DNA of 62,262 nucleotides, the filler included, from Basidiobolus ranarum (Eukaryota), in the NCBI GenBank assembly GCA_040143965.1. It is 31 parts of 31 records of this genome, joined end to end, with 100 filler letters (N's around TTAATTAATTAA, not from the genome) between each part and the next. Parts side by side here need not be neighbours in the genome. Positions count along the whole stretch, not along the records: positions 46,317 to 48,224 come from JASJQH010004109.1; positions 48,325 to 50,231 come from JASJQH010004110.1; positions 50,332 to 52,238 come from JASJQH010004111.1; positions 52,339 to 54,244 come from JASJQH010004112.1; positions 54,345 to 56,249 come from JASJQH010004113.1; positions 56,350 to 58,254 come from JASJQH010004114.1; positions 58,355 to 60,258 come from JASJQH010004115.1; 24 more parts are not named here. One strand, written 5' to 3'. Below are positions 48,191 through 60,358 of this stretch, in pieces (the first letter of the stretch is position 1; every line of letters begins with the position of its first letter). The translations under genes were made by a program, and so were the position numbers. The notes beneath the pieces were generated by a model, which was not told the DNA's origin, did not search any database, and saw only the letters and a list, made by a program, of their open reading frames with translations.

Positions 48191-49781
48191 GATATATATG
48201 TTGAAGAGAACTTTTCCTTCATGGNNNNNNNNNNNNNNNNNNNNNNNNNNNNNNNNNNNNNNNNNNNNTTAATTAATTAANNNNNNNNNNNNNNNNNNNN
48301 NNNNNNNNNNNNNNNNNNNNNNNNGTCTACACCCAAGTACTCTCCTGCCTTCTAGCCTCTTGTCGTTGTTCCCAGTCCTTGGCCAGTTCCTTATTGTGAC
48401 ACCTTCCTAGCTCTTACTTCTCAGCTTACAGCAACACATGACTATCAGCAACTCTCAGGCCTAGCTCACTAGGAACTCTCTACTTTTGGCTCCATCCCTT
48501 CTGGAAAACTCTGCTCAGGCCCCATCCCTTTGGGAATACTTCACTCTTGGCTCCATCCTATCTGGAATACTCTTAGGCCTAGCTTACTAGGAAACTTAGC
48601 TTTGTCAACATCTTGACTTTATCTTTGAATAATATAATCTAACTTGGCTTATTTATTTGTTGACTTTGTTTAAATTGACAAAATATTATTACACCTTCTG
48701 GTGCTTATCATCCCCCTATCCCTAACCCTGACCCTTCTGATGCTTATCATCCCCCCCTAATTAATTACTTTAAGTAAACATCATATTGTTCTCACTAAGA
48801 GAGCCCAGAGAGAATGGTAATATTGTTGTTGTCACGGAGCAGCTTAACAACAAGAGTAATATGGTATTATTGAAATCTTTGATGAAACTTTTCGATGGCT
48901 AATGATTACTTATCTCAATGAAAAGCATGTTGTGATGTACGTAGCTAAAGCATGTGCCACACTGAGATATAGCTCTTTAACAAGCCAGCAATGTGTACTC
49001 GTAGAGTTTGATATGTTTACTGATAGTGAAAGTCTAGCTGTAACCAAGAGGCTACATAAATGTGCTTATCAATGGGATTATATTTCTAAAATGCTGAGTC
49101 AAGGCTGTGCTAAAAAGTAAAAAAAAATAATTTTGAGCATGGTACAACTATATCAATATTCATATGATTTATTGGCTAAATTAGAATGCAATAAACTAAG
49201 TGGTTGGCTAGCTTCTACAGGTTATAAAATGATAATTTTAAAGCTAAAGCACTTCAAAGCATGTGTGAGATAGATATTACGGTAAGCTATCAACATGGAG
49301 TTTATCAGGAAATGGTTAAGATACGGTGATGATAATAATCAGCTTGTAGTCTTTTCCTAAAAGCTTTAACATGAGTGCTCAAGTTCAAGTCAAACATATG
49401 AAATGACAGTCAAAGAGACTCTATAATTACCGCCTTCCACTCCACAACTCAATATGAAGTCTTCTATTTGCTGGTCTTTGAGCCAATCATCACGTAGATT
49501 TTCTTTATTCCAGATTATATTATGATTAACCAATTATAGAATATGAGGGTAAACATGGCTAGAATGCGTAGAGATATTTAAGGCTAGTTTGGATTTGTCA
49601 GCAACTATGGTGTAAGCTTTATTCCATAAGATTCTATAGGAAAAGTAGGAAGGTTTGAACAGTTGAACCAGGTGGAGAATGAACGTAGAAGTTTCCTAGA
49701 CATTTGTCATCCGACATAGTATAAATAAGGTTAATGAAGTTTAGCTGTAACCATAACTCTTCTAAATAATAAATCTTTACT

Positions 49782-50231
49782 ATGTCCGCAACTCTTCCTC
49801 GCAAAGCTCTCCTTGCCATCACCAGTTACAATGGTGCATTCTATGCCGATGGTAGCAAGACTGGACTTTTCTATACTGAAGCACTTCATCCCTATGAGGC
49901 ACTTGTCAATGCTGGCTTTGAAGTAGATCTTGCTTCTGAGACTGGTCAATATGGAATTGATGGACACTCTTTAGCCAAGGATTTTCTTACCGAAGATGAC
50001 GAGAAGGTGTTAAATGATCCTAATCATGAATTCAATGTAAAGCTCAACTCACAGCTTCACAAGGCTTCTGATCTCAATCCTGCTGACTATGGATTATTCT
50101 TTGCCTCAGCCGGACATGCAACTCTATGGGATTACCCCACAGCTCGCGGTTTACAGCATATTGCTGAGGATATTTACAAGCGTGGAGGTGTTGTCTCTGC
50201 CGTATGTCACGGACCCGCCATATTGCCTGGG
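49782..50231 (+). CDS. HSP31: DJ-1/PfpI family Hsp31-type glutathione-independent glyoxalase, 3'-truncated
   Basis: [26 protein letters not shown], nucleophile elbow SAVCHGP. Confidence 0.9.
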
Positions 50232-51925
50232 NNNNNNNNNNNNNNNNNNNNNNNNNNNNNNNNNNNNNNNNNNNNTTAATTAATTAANNNNNNNNNNNNN
50301 NNNNNNNNNNNNNNNNNNNNNNNNNNNNNNNGTAAATTTGATAGCCTTCAAGAACATATTAAAATTGCATTAGAGCTCATGTTAAGGAGAGGCTTATTCT
50401 TATATGCGATAGCCTATCGACAATTCTGGAACCTCATCTTTTATCCATCCTGGAATTGCATATTATAAACACATGAGCGCTACCAACACATTGAGATTCA
50501 GGGCGGAAAGATGCGAGATAGGGAGAGGGGTGGTTATAAAATAGGCACCAATCCTAGTTATTTTCTTTACATAGTATTGCTATTATTGTTTACGGATGTA
50601 AAGCGAAAAGTGCAACAAAGCAGAGGATTCAATTTAGTGGTGATACTAAAAATATTTGGTTATTGATTTCTATTAATTAAAGTCTAATTAATCTGAATTG
50701 AAGACACTTGGTCAGCAAAGAATGTACATTGAAAAACGCCTACGTTGTAAAACTGATACCTGACGCGGAGAGAAGTTTGGTCCAATTATGTTGCCCATTG
50801 TAGCTATAAAGTAGGTGCATATCAATGCCTTGCTTGGACTCGAGCACTATAAGTTCCGAAGCATCTTGTAACCAACATTTATTCCTTCAGCTCATCCATT
50901 ATCATGCTTTCGAGCTTACAGCAAATTGATTCTTCTACGGTGCCTCTCATGTCAAACTTATTGGAACTATCTAATGATGGATCAGCATGGTTGGTGGCGA
51001 TGTTTTTATACAACTAATCACACATACTGCATAACAATCCTGCCATCTCAGCCCAGTTGAGGCCGCATTGTGTAGCTACTTCAGATAAGCGATGAATGAT
51101 AAAACAAAGCAAACAACTTGCGTTTCATAACGTTAGATTGGCTAATATTCAATAGAATACAGAGCTGTACTTGAGCAACAATAGAGTGGAAAAAAGAAAA
51201 GTAGCAACTCCTATATTGGAAGGTACGTTGAGCGAAGTGGCTATTGAATGCCTAAATATAGCAACCACAATAAAATGTTAGCTCAGTTCAGGTTAGATTA
51301 CCCCAATTATGGAACATTTTATTTTTACCTCAAGTTACAGAAATACTGATGATTTCTGTGTTACAGCCCACGCTTGAATAGAATAGCACCATTCCTCGGC
51401 CGACAGATATTAATTCAATTCATGTACCAGCAGTGCATCGTCCCTGCCTCAGCATTTTCCTCAGCTGAAACTCACAACAGTGCATACTATCAACTACTTT
51501 TCCACCTGAATACTGGCATTAGGGTTACCAGTTTAGTCATGGAATTAAAGGGCTCCTATGTTATTGTTTTGAAGACTGTCAAATATCATCAGTGATCTCA
51601 TATACGTCCCTGAACTTTCAAATTATGCAGTGAACGAATAATATTGAACAGATTGGTAATCAATTTCCAGTCTCAATTTGAGGTCCATGCACTAGGCTCG
51701 TGAGTTCAAATTTATATAAATTACAAGCCAACTCTCTGATTCGTCCTGATCATTTTACATTCTCTTTCGCTAGCCTCTCTTTGTCTTAACTTTAGTTTCG
51801 TATCTTGTATTCCCAAGGAAACCACCTCTTTATATTGACCTGTCGTAAGTAATGAACTGCTACCTCTTCCACTGATTTCAACTTCAATCGAATCATTAAC
51901 ATCTCCTTCGTAGTCATTTTTAAGC

Positions 51926-52238
51926 ATGCCGAGCTGGACTCGTTATTTGCTAATATTATTAGCAATCTTGAGCTTTTGCTCTGCTAACCCGGCGGTCCTA
52001 CCTTTGAAGCCAGCTGACTCTCCTACTGCTGCAAACACGCCTGCTCCTCCTCCTTCAAACGAACCATCTCCAGCTCCTCCTCCTTCAGTTGCGCCCGTTG
52101 TCCCACCTTCATCTGCTGCTCCGCCAGCAACTCCTACTACGACCCCTGTGTCTCCACCTGAAAAACCAAGTCCATCACCGGAAGCCTCACCCATCAGCCC
52201 CCCTCCGTTACCAACGACAGTAAACCCTCCAAGTGAAC
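51926..52238 (+). CDS. Secreted Pro/Ser/Thr-rich protein, 3'-truncated
   Basis: Signal peptide MPSWTRYLLILLAILSFCSA followed by a low-complexity P/S/T/A region. Confidence 0.75.
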
Positions 52239-52338
52239 NNNNNNNNNNNNNNNNNNNNNNNNNNNNNNNNNNNNNNNNNNNNTTAATTAATTAANNNNNN
52301 NNNNNNNNNNNNNNNNNNNNNNNNNNNNNNNNNNNNNN

Positions 52339-54244
52339 AATATAGGGGCTATAGATACGTTGCTTTCTGTTTCTGATATATGTATCATAACTAAAGTTAA
52401 CTATGATGTTGAATAAAGATTAATTATCCAACAGAAACACATCTAGACATTGCTGTGGCAGTAGAAATGTCAGCCAACTTCTCAAAAGTCCAGGATATGA
52501 GCACCAAACTGCAGTAAAACAAACTTTCAGGTATTTAAGAGGAACTGTAGATTGAGTTCTGGAATACTCTGCAACCCCTGATGCATGAAACTTACCAGTA
52601 TAAAGTGATGCAGACAGGGGAAGAAATCATGATGCTAGAATATCAACAAATAGGTACCCATTTCTCTATGGTAAAGAAGCCATAACTTGGAACAGTAAGA
52701 ATCATCCAACCGTAGTACTTTGCACTAAGAAGCAGAGTATATGGCAGCCTCTGCTGCTATATAAGAAGCAATGTGGTTAAGAAAGTTACTTACAGACTTA
52801 GGATTCATGCAAAATCATGCTATTACTGTATTTGAAGATAATCAAGGTTGAATTTCTTCAACTAAAACCCTGCATTTCAAGCTAGAACATAACATATAGA
52901 AATTGGGCATCATTTAGTTAGAGGAGCAATAGAGAATGATACAATGGTACTTGTCTATTACCTCACTAAAGAAATAATTGCTGACATCTTAACCAAACCT
53001 TTAGCTAAGGCACAATATGAATTAATATGATATCACTTAGGTTCAAGTGAAATACAAAATGATTAGTTGAGTGGCAATGTTGAAATTAGGTAAATAGCAA
53101 CTCATTATTAAATAGTTGGGTTATTCATCTTCTGATTATTTAGCACTTAATTCTGCCATTCAAAATTTGTGTTTATTGCGCTAATTGATTGAAATATTGG
53201 TTAGATCACTTTTACCATTTCTCATTATCATTTTTCAAAACTTTGCCAAATTGACCATTTACTTGCCATTGTAAAATTGTCAATTTAGATTTGATTTTAA
53301 TCAATTTTTTGAGTTTCAAGAATGAAATTTCAAGATTTTGCAAAATAGTTGCACATAAATGGCCACAATCTCAGAGAACAATGGAGCAACACATTGGCAA
53401 CTTGAATAATAATTTGTCTTCTTCAAAATTCATAGTTTCTTTGATTTATTCTCACTAGAGCCTAAACTCACCAGCTGCTTTGCTTTTCCCTTTGGTTTTC
53501 TAGCTTCCTGCTCCTTGAGTACTTCTTTAGCTGCTTTTCTTATATTTCCAAGTCATGATTGCATACATGTTTGAGATGGTTCATGAATACGTCTATACTA
53601 CCTCAATTGTCATGTGCTTGCAAAAACCCAGGATAAGCCACAGGAAAGAAGCCAAGAACCTTCAGAATAACACCAGTTTTTGATTTTCCACAATTGGCTC
53701 AAATTGAAGTGACTTTGGGCCAGATTCTGCACTGATCTCATAATGTTAAACCAGTCATCATCAGAGCAAATGATGGCAGCTCAGACATTCAGAGTCTTTT
53801 GGTTTGCTGGTTTTCCTATCAGATTTCTACTTACATGTGCCCAAGCAATTTCAGGTTGTTATGTAGGCTCAATTATCTCACACATATTCTGATCCACTAG
53901 ATTGTCACAGAGACAATCATATGCATAGTGTTGGATTGCTCAAAATCCCATATGAAAATGGACAGAGGGAGCAGCAAATTGCTGTAGCTCAAGTGCAGCA
54001 TTCTGAAGATCTTGTATCTTTGTTGAGTGACTCTCAAACTGTTGACTAGTTGCTTCCAAACACTGCATTAATTGCAACAGTGTGGCGTTATTATTTGGCA
54101 AGTTTGCCTAAATTGGTCATCTTGAATTGAACCGATAGATCTCTTTTGGTGTTCCTGAGAGCTTCATCATTATTGGTAGCTATAATCAAATCATCTACAT
54201 ATAAGGCAAGTATCACCTTACTGTCCTTATCTGTCTTAAAGTAG
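52339..54244. mobile_element. Mosaic of copia C LTR end, copia B RNase H and LTR, DNA-transposon subterminus, CACTA ORF2 3' part and copia RT
   Basis: Each block matches family copies elsewhere in the window. Confidence 0.7.
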
Positions 54245-54344
54245 NNNNNNNNNNNNNNNNNNNNNNNNNNNNNNNNNNNNNNNNNNNNTTAATTAATTAA
54301 NNNNNNNNNNNNNNNNNNNNNNNNNNNNNNNNNNNNNNNNNNNN

Positions 54345-55337
54345 GCGTACATTTTTGAGATGTTTCATGAATAGGCCTATACTAGCCCAATTGCCATTTG
54401 CTTGCAAAAACCCAAGATAAGCCACATGAAATAAGTCAAGAACCTTCAGAGTAACATCTGGTTTTTGGTTTTTCCACAATTGACTCAAATCCAGGTGATT
54501 TTGGGCAAGATTCCGCACAGTTTTCAAAATGTTAAACCACTTATCATCAGAGCAAGTGATGGCAGCTTTGACATTCAGAGTCTTTTGGTTTGCCAGTTTT
54601 CCTATGAGATTTCTACTTTTGTATGCCCAAGCAATTTTGGGCCGTTGTGTAGGCTTAATGGTCCAACACATATTCTGCTCTGCTAGATTATCACGGTGAC
54701 ATTCATATGTATGGTGTGGGATTGATTGAAATCCCATATGAGAATGGACAGAGGGAGCAGCATGTTGCTGTAGCTCAAGTACAGCATTCTGAAGGTCTTG
54801 TATCATTGTTGAGTGACTCTCTAACTGTTGACTAGTTGCTTCTGAATGCTGCATTAATTGTGATATTGTGGCATTATTGCTTGTCATGGCCTGTATAGCA
54901 ACTTCATAGTTTTTACTTATGATTACATACAAATCATTATGGTGTTCTGCCTGCAATTCCCTTATTGTAATAATTCTATCCAAATTTTCTATGGAGGGTT
55001 GTTCAATAATGGGCAAAGTTGCCATTTTGGAAGTTGATGGTCTTGACAGTGTTTTGGTTGAACTTTGCTCAACTATTGATTTACTACGTAATTGGAAGAT
55101 TACAATCTCTTCACTTGCACAATTGCTGGAAAGGAGCACATGTGGTAAATTGATTAATGCTTCATCATTACTTGAGTTAGTTTCTGGCATGTTAATGCCT
55201 TCCAAAGTGGATAGTGGATTGCTAGACTGCTCATCAATTAAGTCCTCTGTTCTTGCTGGTTTTTTTCCTTTTGTGCCAGCAGGCTTTGGCTTGGAAGCTG
55301 ATTTTGACTTAGATTTTGAACACTTTTTGAATGGCAT
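54345..55337 (-). CDS. Accessory ORF2 of the CACTA-type element (unknown function, coiled-coil segment), open to the contig end
   Basis: Open frame of about 330 codons with a basic N-terminus. Degenerate copies near 7270, 10092-10670, 40134 and 53450-54080, in most copies next to and divergent from the transposase. Confidence 0.7.
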
Positions 55338-55759
55338 TGAAATTTTCAGATGGTAAACTTAGTGTAGGGAAATTGCTTAGAAACAGCTTATAATAAACTA
55401 AAATTGCCATCCATTACCAGAAATATCTTGTAAATCTCCTGATGACACATCTGTGACATCATCTCAGAATCAGCTGATGATATTGATGGGCTATACCTAA
55501 AATACCACGATTATGTGGGAGGTGTTCTTTTTTCTACAAAATCCTTCTTATGTTGTAACACAAATGTTTAAAGAAGCCCTGCTATTATTACTAACAGCTT
55601 ATAATAAACCAAAATTGCCATCCATCACCGGAAATATCTTGTAAATCCCCTGATGACTCATCTGTGACACTGTCTCAGAATCAGCTGATGATATTGATGG
55701 GCAATACCTAAAATACCACCCTTACATAGGAGGTGTTCTTTTTTCTATGATATCCTTCT

Positions 55760-56249
55760 CATGCCACAACAGAAACGTTTAAAAAAGCCCGGCTATTATT
55801 GTTGCAAATTCTTGTGCTATGAAAGCCGGAGGCTTCATAGGAACAATAATCACAAGCACAGTCACTGTACAAAGCCACCAGCTCCACAAAGCCTGGTGTA
55901 TAATGACAGATTTTGTAATTGGATATGAAAAACTTTATTACAGGTTTCAAAAAGATAGACTGAATCTATGCTGGTATTCAATATATTGCCTGCTGCATCT
56001 TTCACAATGCTTAGAGATTATAGGCCCTTGCTATACATTCTGGGAGTTCCCAACAGAGTGTACCTGTGGTGAAATGATGCTCTGTGTGAAATTGTCAGTA
56101 TTACCATATGCTAATCTGATTAACAATGTATCAGCAAAATCAGTGATGGATGTAATGCAATGGGTTAAGGAGACTCCAGAGTATATTAACCTGCCAACAA
56201 AGGGCTCTTTTCAATGTGCTCACGGGTTTTTGCATTGTTTGAGCACAAT
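55760..56249 (+). mobile_element. Internally deleted CACTA transposase (N-terminus joined to C-terminal region)
   Basis: Jumps near 55897 to YEKLYY...LLHLSQCLEIIGPCYTFWEFPTECTCG. A 211-bp tandem duplication lies upstream (55382 and 55593). Confidence 0.7.
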
Positions 56250-56349
56250 NNNNNNNNNNNNNNNNNNNNNNNNNNNNNNNNNNNNNNNNNNNNTTAATTA
56301 ATTAANNNNNNNNNNNNNNNNNNNNNNNNNNNNNNNNNNNNNNNNNNNN

Positions 56350-58254
56350 GGAAGGTTGTAGAATAATCCAGAAAGTCATGGAATGTTCCGGCAAAATCAA
56401 GTTTTGATTGGTCAAAACTCAATCAATCATCAAATATTCCAAGAATCTTGTGGAATGTTCCGGAAGATTGTAGAATTTTCCAGAAAATAATAGGGCTAAT
56501 GTGGGTTAATACTGATAAATCTGAAGTAATGGGTGATAATACTAATAGTGTGATATGATTGGCTAGAAAATATTGGTAAGTCAGATAAGGATAATAAAAT
56601 AGAAATTGTGTAATAGTAATGATATGAGCTCGGAGTGGAAATAAGTCAACCTGCCAGTGGGTAGCAATGCTACCCCACTACATCCACCCCCCTCTGAATT
56701 TTGAACTCAAGTGAAAAACCAAACTCAGCAGGTTGAGTTATTTCCTCTTGTCTTGAATAACTTTAGTCGGTTCCCTGCAACTGGTAGTCTGAGTTCTGTT
56801 CCATCTAGTTCTGCAGTGTAATAGCTTCCATTACCAACAACCTTAACAATTTTGTATGGGCCTCTCCATCGGTTGTCAAACTTCCTGCTCCATTGTTTGT
56901 CAAGAGTGGAATCATATTCCAGGACAAGGTCATCAACTTGTAGTGGCTTAGGTCGGAGGGGATGGCTTTTGTCAAAGTAGTCCTTGTTAGCATTTCTGGC
57001 TTTCTTCAGTTCTTCAGCAGCTTTTTCTACATCAACATGGTGTCGGTCAATTTGGGCTATCCTGTTGATGAGAAGTTCTTCAGTGGTCATGTTAGTTTTC
57101 CAGTTTAAAGTGTTCCAAGTTGTGGCTTCAGTTTCAATGGGAAGGATGCATTCTTGTCCATAAATCAGTCTGTAGGGTGACATTCCAGTTGTTCTCTTTG
57201 TAGTGATCCTGTCAGCCCATAGTGCTAAGTGTAGCTTTTGTGGCCAAAGTTGTGATTTGCCTTGGCAGGACTTGACTATTGAGTTCACTAAGGGTCCATG
57301 CCCTCTCTCTATCATCCCATTTGCCTGTGGATGATAAGCTGTGGTGTGTGCAATATGTATGCGATACTTCAAGCAGAGGTCCTGGATCAGCTGTGACATC
57401 ATCTCTCCTCGGTCAGCAGTGAATTGTCCTATAGTTCCATATCGGCAAATAATATCTTCAAAGATGAACTTCCAAACTGTTTCTGCTTTGTTGTTAGGTA
57501 GAGCTCTGGCTTCCACCCAACCACTAAGGTCATCTCTGGCAACAACAAGATATTTTTTGTTGCCAGCTGTAGGCATATGAACAAGATCAATTCCCACCTT
57601 CTGCCATAGTGTTGGTACATAGGTGGGATAAAGTGGTTCCTCGTATCTTTTGGTAGATCTCCTTTGGCATGCATCACATGTCTCCACATATGATTTGATA
57701 TCCTGATATTGGTTGGTCCAATAGTATCTTAGTGTTGAGTTCTTGAAGGTAGCCTCTCTGCCACGGTGTCCTCCTGGCTCTCCTTCATGGATCTCTTTAA
57801 TGATCTTCTGCTTTTCTTTAGAATCAAAGATGACTCTTCTTGGTACTTGTCCTGTCTTAACCCGCTTGAAAAGTAGTCCATCCCTTACAAGAAAGTGATG
57901 GGCTTTCCTCCTGAGATTTCTGAATTGCTGGGGATCTAAGGTGTAGGGTCTCTGTAATGTAGTCAAATAATGGATAATATCGCTCCATTCTTCAGGTATA
58001 GGGGTACTGATAGAAACTTGATGTATGTCGGCATCAAGGGAGTCTTCAAAGTTCTCATCAAAGTGTATTTCACCAGGTCTTGGTCCCATTCTTGATAGTC
58101 CATCTGCAACAACATTTGTTTTTCCTGGTATGTGTACTACTTCAAAGTCAAACATCTTGAGCCAAGCCATCCACCGGTTGGTAGCATCATCTGGTAGGTC
58201 TGGTTTGTTGATCATCCCAATAAGTGGTCTTGCATCTGTTTCAAGTATGAAGTG
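56350..58254 (-). mobile_element. Ty3/gypsy element: open RNase H end and integrase (stop at 56725), PPT (56683-56694) and 3' LTR (from 56682)
   Basis: HIPGKTNVVADGLSR, HHCC zinc finger, D-D-E (GIDL, ADRG, NGMIER), GPY motif. PPT GAGGGGGGTGGA then TGTAGTGG. Confidence 0.93.
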
Positions 58255-59205
58255 NNNNNNNNNNNNNNNNNNNNNNNNNNNNNNNNNNNNNNNNNNNNTT
58301 AATTAATTAANNNNNNNNNNNNNNNNNNNNNNNNNNNNNNNNNNNNNNNNNNNNTACCTTCCTTTCTGCTTACCACCTTTGCCCCTTAACACTATATTTA
58401 CATCCTCTGAGCTTGATTACATTGGTCATCAGGTTAAGTATGGATATGATGCAGTATTGTCACAACATCTTAAAAGATTGATATCTTGGTTGTCACTTTG
58501 TTTAAATTAGTATTTAAGCTAAATAAAGTCCACACCCTCTGGTGCTTTTCATCCCCTAACCCTGACCTCCCCTCTGGTGGTGTTGAAGTTGTTAAAGACA
58601 GGAGGAACGTGTGATACTGGCAACAGAGTAACAGAAGCTAAGCGTACTGGAGCTGTCAGTGGTTAATACTGAGTGAATAGTAGCCACTTTCACAGAAATT
58701 GCCTACAAACTATGTTTGTATTTTTTACCCTTTCTTGCCGCTGCATTAGTTGTTTTATTCAGATAGAGTGCAGTAAGACAATAGAATGCAGTATTTGAGT
58801 TTAAGTAAAGGGGAACTCCTGGGCCTCTTGCTGGGTCATGAGATCAAAGAAGTAGAATGAATTCAAAAATATTTTGGTCCCATTTAGTTCAAGTACTCTT
58901 GACTTAATCTTGGGCGGAATATTTTCTAGCTTGACAAAAGCTACTCGTTGATTCTGATCTTCAAAAAAGCATGTTGCATAGTGTGTTTATCCCTGAATAC
59001 TTTCAATGATGAAATTTGATCTAATGTAAGCAGGCGAGAACTAGCAAAGGATTTATTTTAGGGATAATAAATATCGTTTTATTGATATTTTCAATAACAA
59101 TATATCATAATATAAGACTTCAAAGTCAGGTACATGACAGAATAGCTTATATTAGTGGAAAACCTGTAAATGAAGTAATTCAAAACTTCTCCAAAGTAAC
59201 ACTAG

Positions 59206-59760
59206 CTAGCTCCTGGCCAAAACCTTCAAGTGAGCTATAGTTAATATTACACATAGAAATATACTTCATATGACGACTTTACCTCCTGGATTGCACCAAT
59301 AAGAGTCACCATTGGTAGCGCTCATGTAAACGGCGGTGGAATCGGCATAACCCGTTATATCCTCAAGAATAGCATGGTTCCCTTTCTTAAGATAGAATCC
59401 CGCAGCAGTACCGTTTCTGTATCCAAGCTTCTTTAGTTGGCCCAAGTCAGTAGCGCTCTTCACAAGTACAGTGACGGAACCTTGAAGCTTGTTGTTGTTG
59501 CTATGTAAGTGATTATTAGCACCGTAATGTTATAAATATATTGAAATGATTCCATACCACTTGCTAGTGATGATCATGGAAGCAGTGGGATGGCTCTTAA
59601 ATACCGTTGTGTACTTTCCATCCACTATGGGTGCACGATCATCCCAATCAGCAAAAGACTCTTTGTATGCGGTACCAGCAGGCTTTCGTCCGGCTGAAGC
59701 AGCTTCACTATTGAGAGCGAAAAGGGTGACAAGCGCAAGTAACGAAGTTGATACTCTCAT
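59206..59760 (-). CDS. Small secreted protein (about 150 aa). Exons 59760-59558, 59500-59283, 59234-59206
   Basis: Signal peptide MRVSTSLLALVTLFALNSEA. Two GT-AG introns (57, 48 nt) join the two ORF pieces, ending NGDSYWCNPGAHLKVLARS*. Confidence 0.7.
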
Positions 59761-60358
59761 AGTGAATATGTTTTGTCGAACCTAAGCTTCATGTGTAGTC
59801 TTTTATATTGATAGAGACGGATAAATTTAGAGGACTGTCTATTCGAATATGGACTCACGTTAATACATAATTTAGCTGCTCGTAAGTCCACTAAAAATAG
59901 AATTTAGTACCTGCCTATCTATCTTCGCTGTTTAACTCTACAGTTCCACCAAATACGCCTCACTTTTATCACTTGAAGTTTGGAGGATTCTCAACTACAA
60001 ATGTTGCAGAGCGGAACTTCACCTGACAGAGTCGTTCATTTAGAAGTTACCTATATCTTAATTGTAGGCTAACTTTGATGTCACTTGAAGTAGAGAACTT
60101 AGATTGCTATGAGTAAAGGTAAGTTCGTAGCTCATTACAAATTGAATACATCTTGGTCGGACAGGCGTTGGTGACACACCCATGTCATTAACCCTTAATA
60201 TTCGAAAACCACCCAGCGAGTGAGCCGCGTAGGTGCACAGCTTATAATGTAGTACAGGNNNNNNNNNNNNNNNNNNNNNNNNNNNNNNNNNNNNNNNNNN
60301 NNTTAATTAATTAANNNNNNNNNNNNNNNNNNNNNNNNNNNNNNNNNNNNNNNNNNNN

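Noticed and set aside
48692-48760. CCCTAACCCTGA as telomeric sequence (also near 58553)
   Set aside because: Only one or two units, inside a short dispersed repeat shared by two contigs; not a telomere tract.
50880-51130. Possible small minus-strand gene relic
   Set aside because: Interrupted by stops and has no recognisable motif.
1921-60358. Regularly spaced TTAATTAATTAA within N-runs as a biological repeat, and ORFs ending in X...LIN
   Set aside because: These are artificial linkers. ORF extensions into them and any synteny across them are meaningless.
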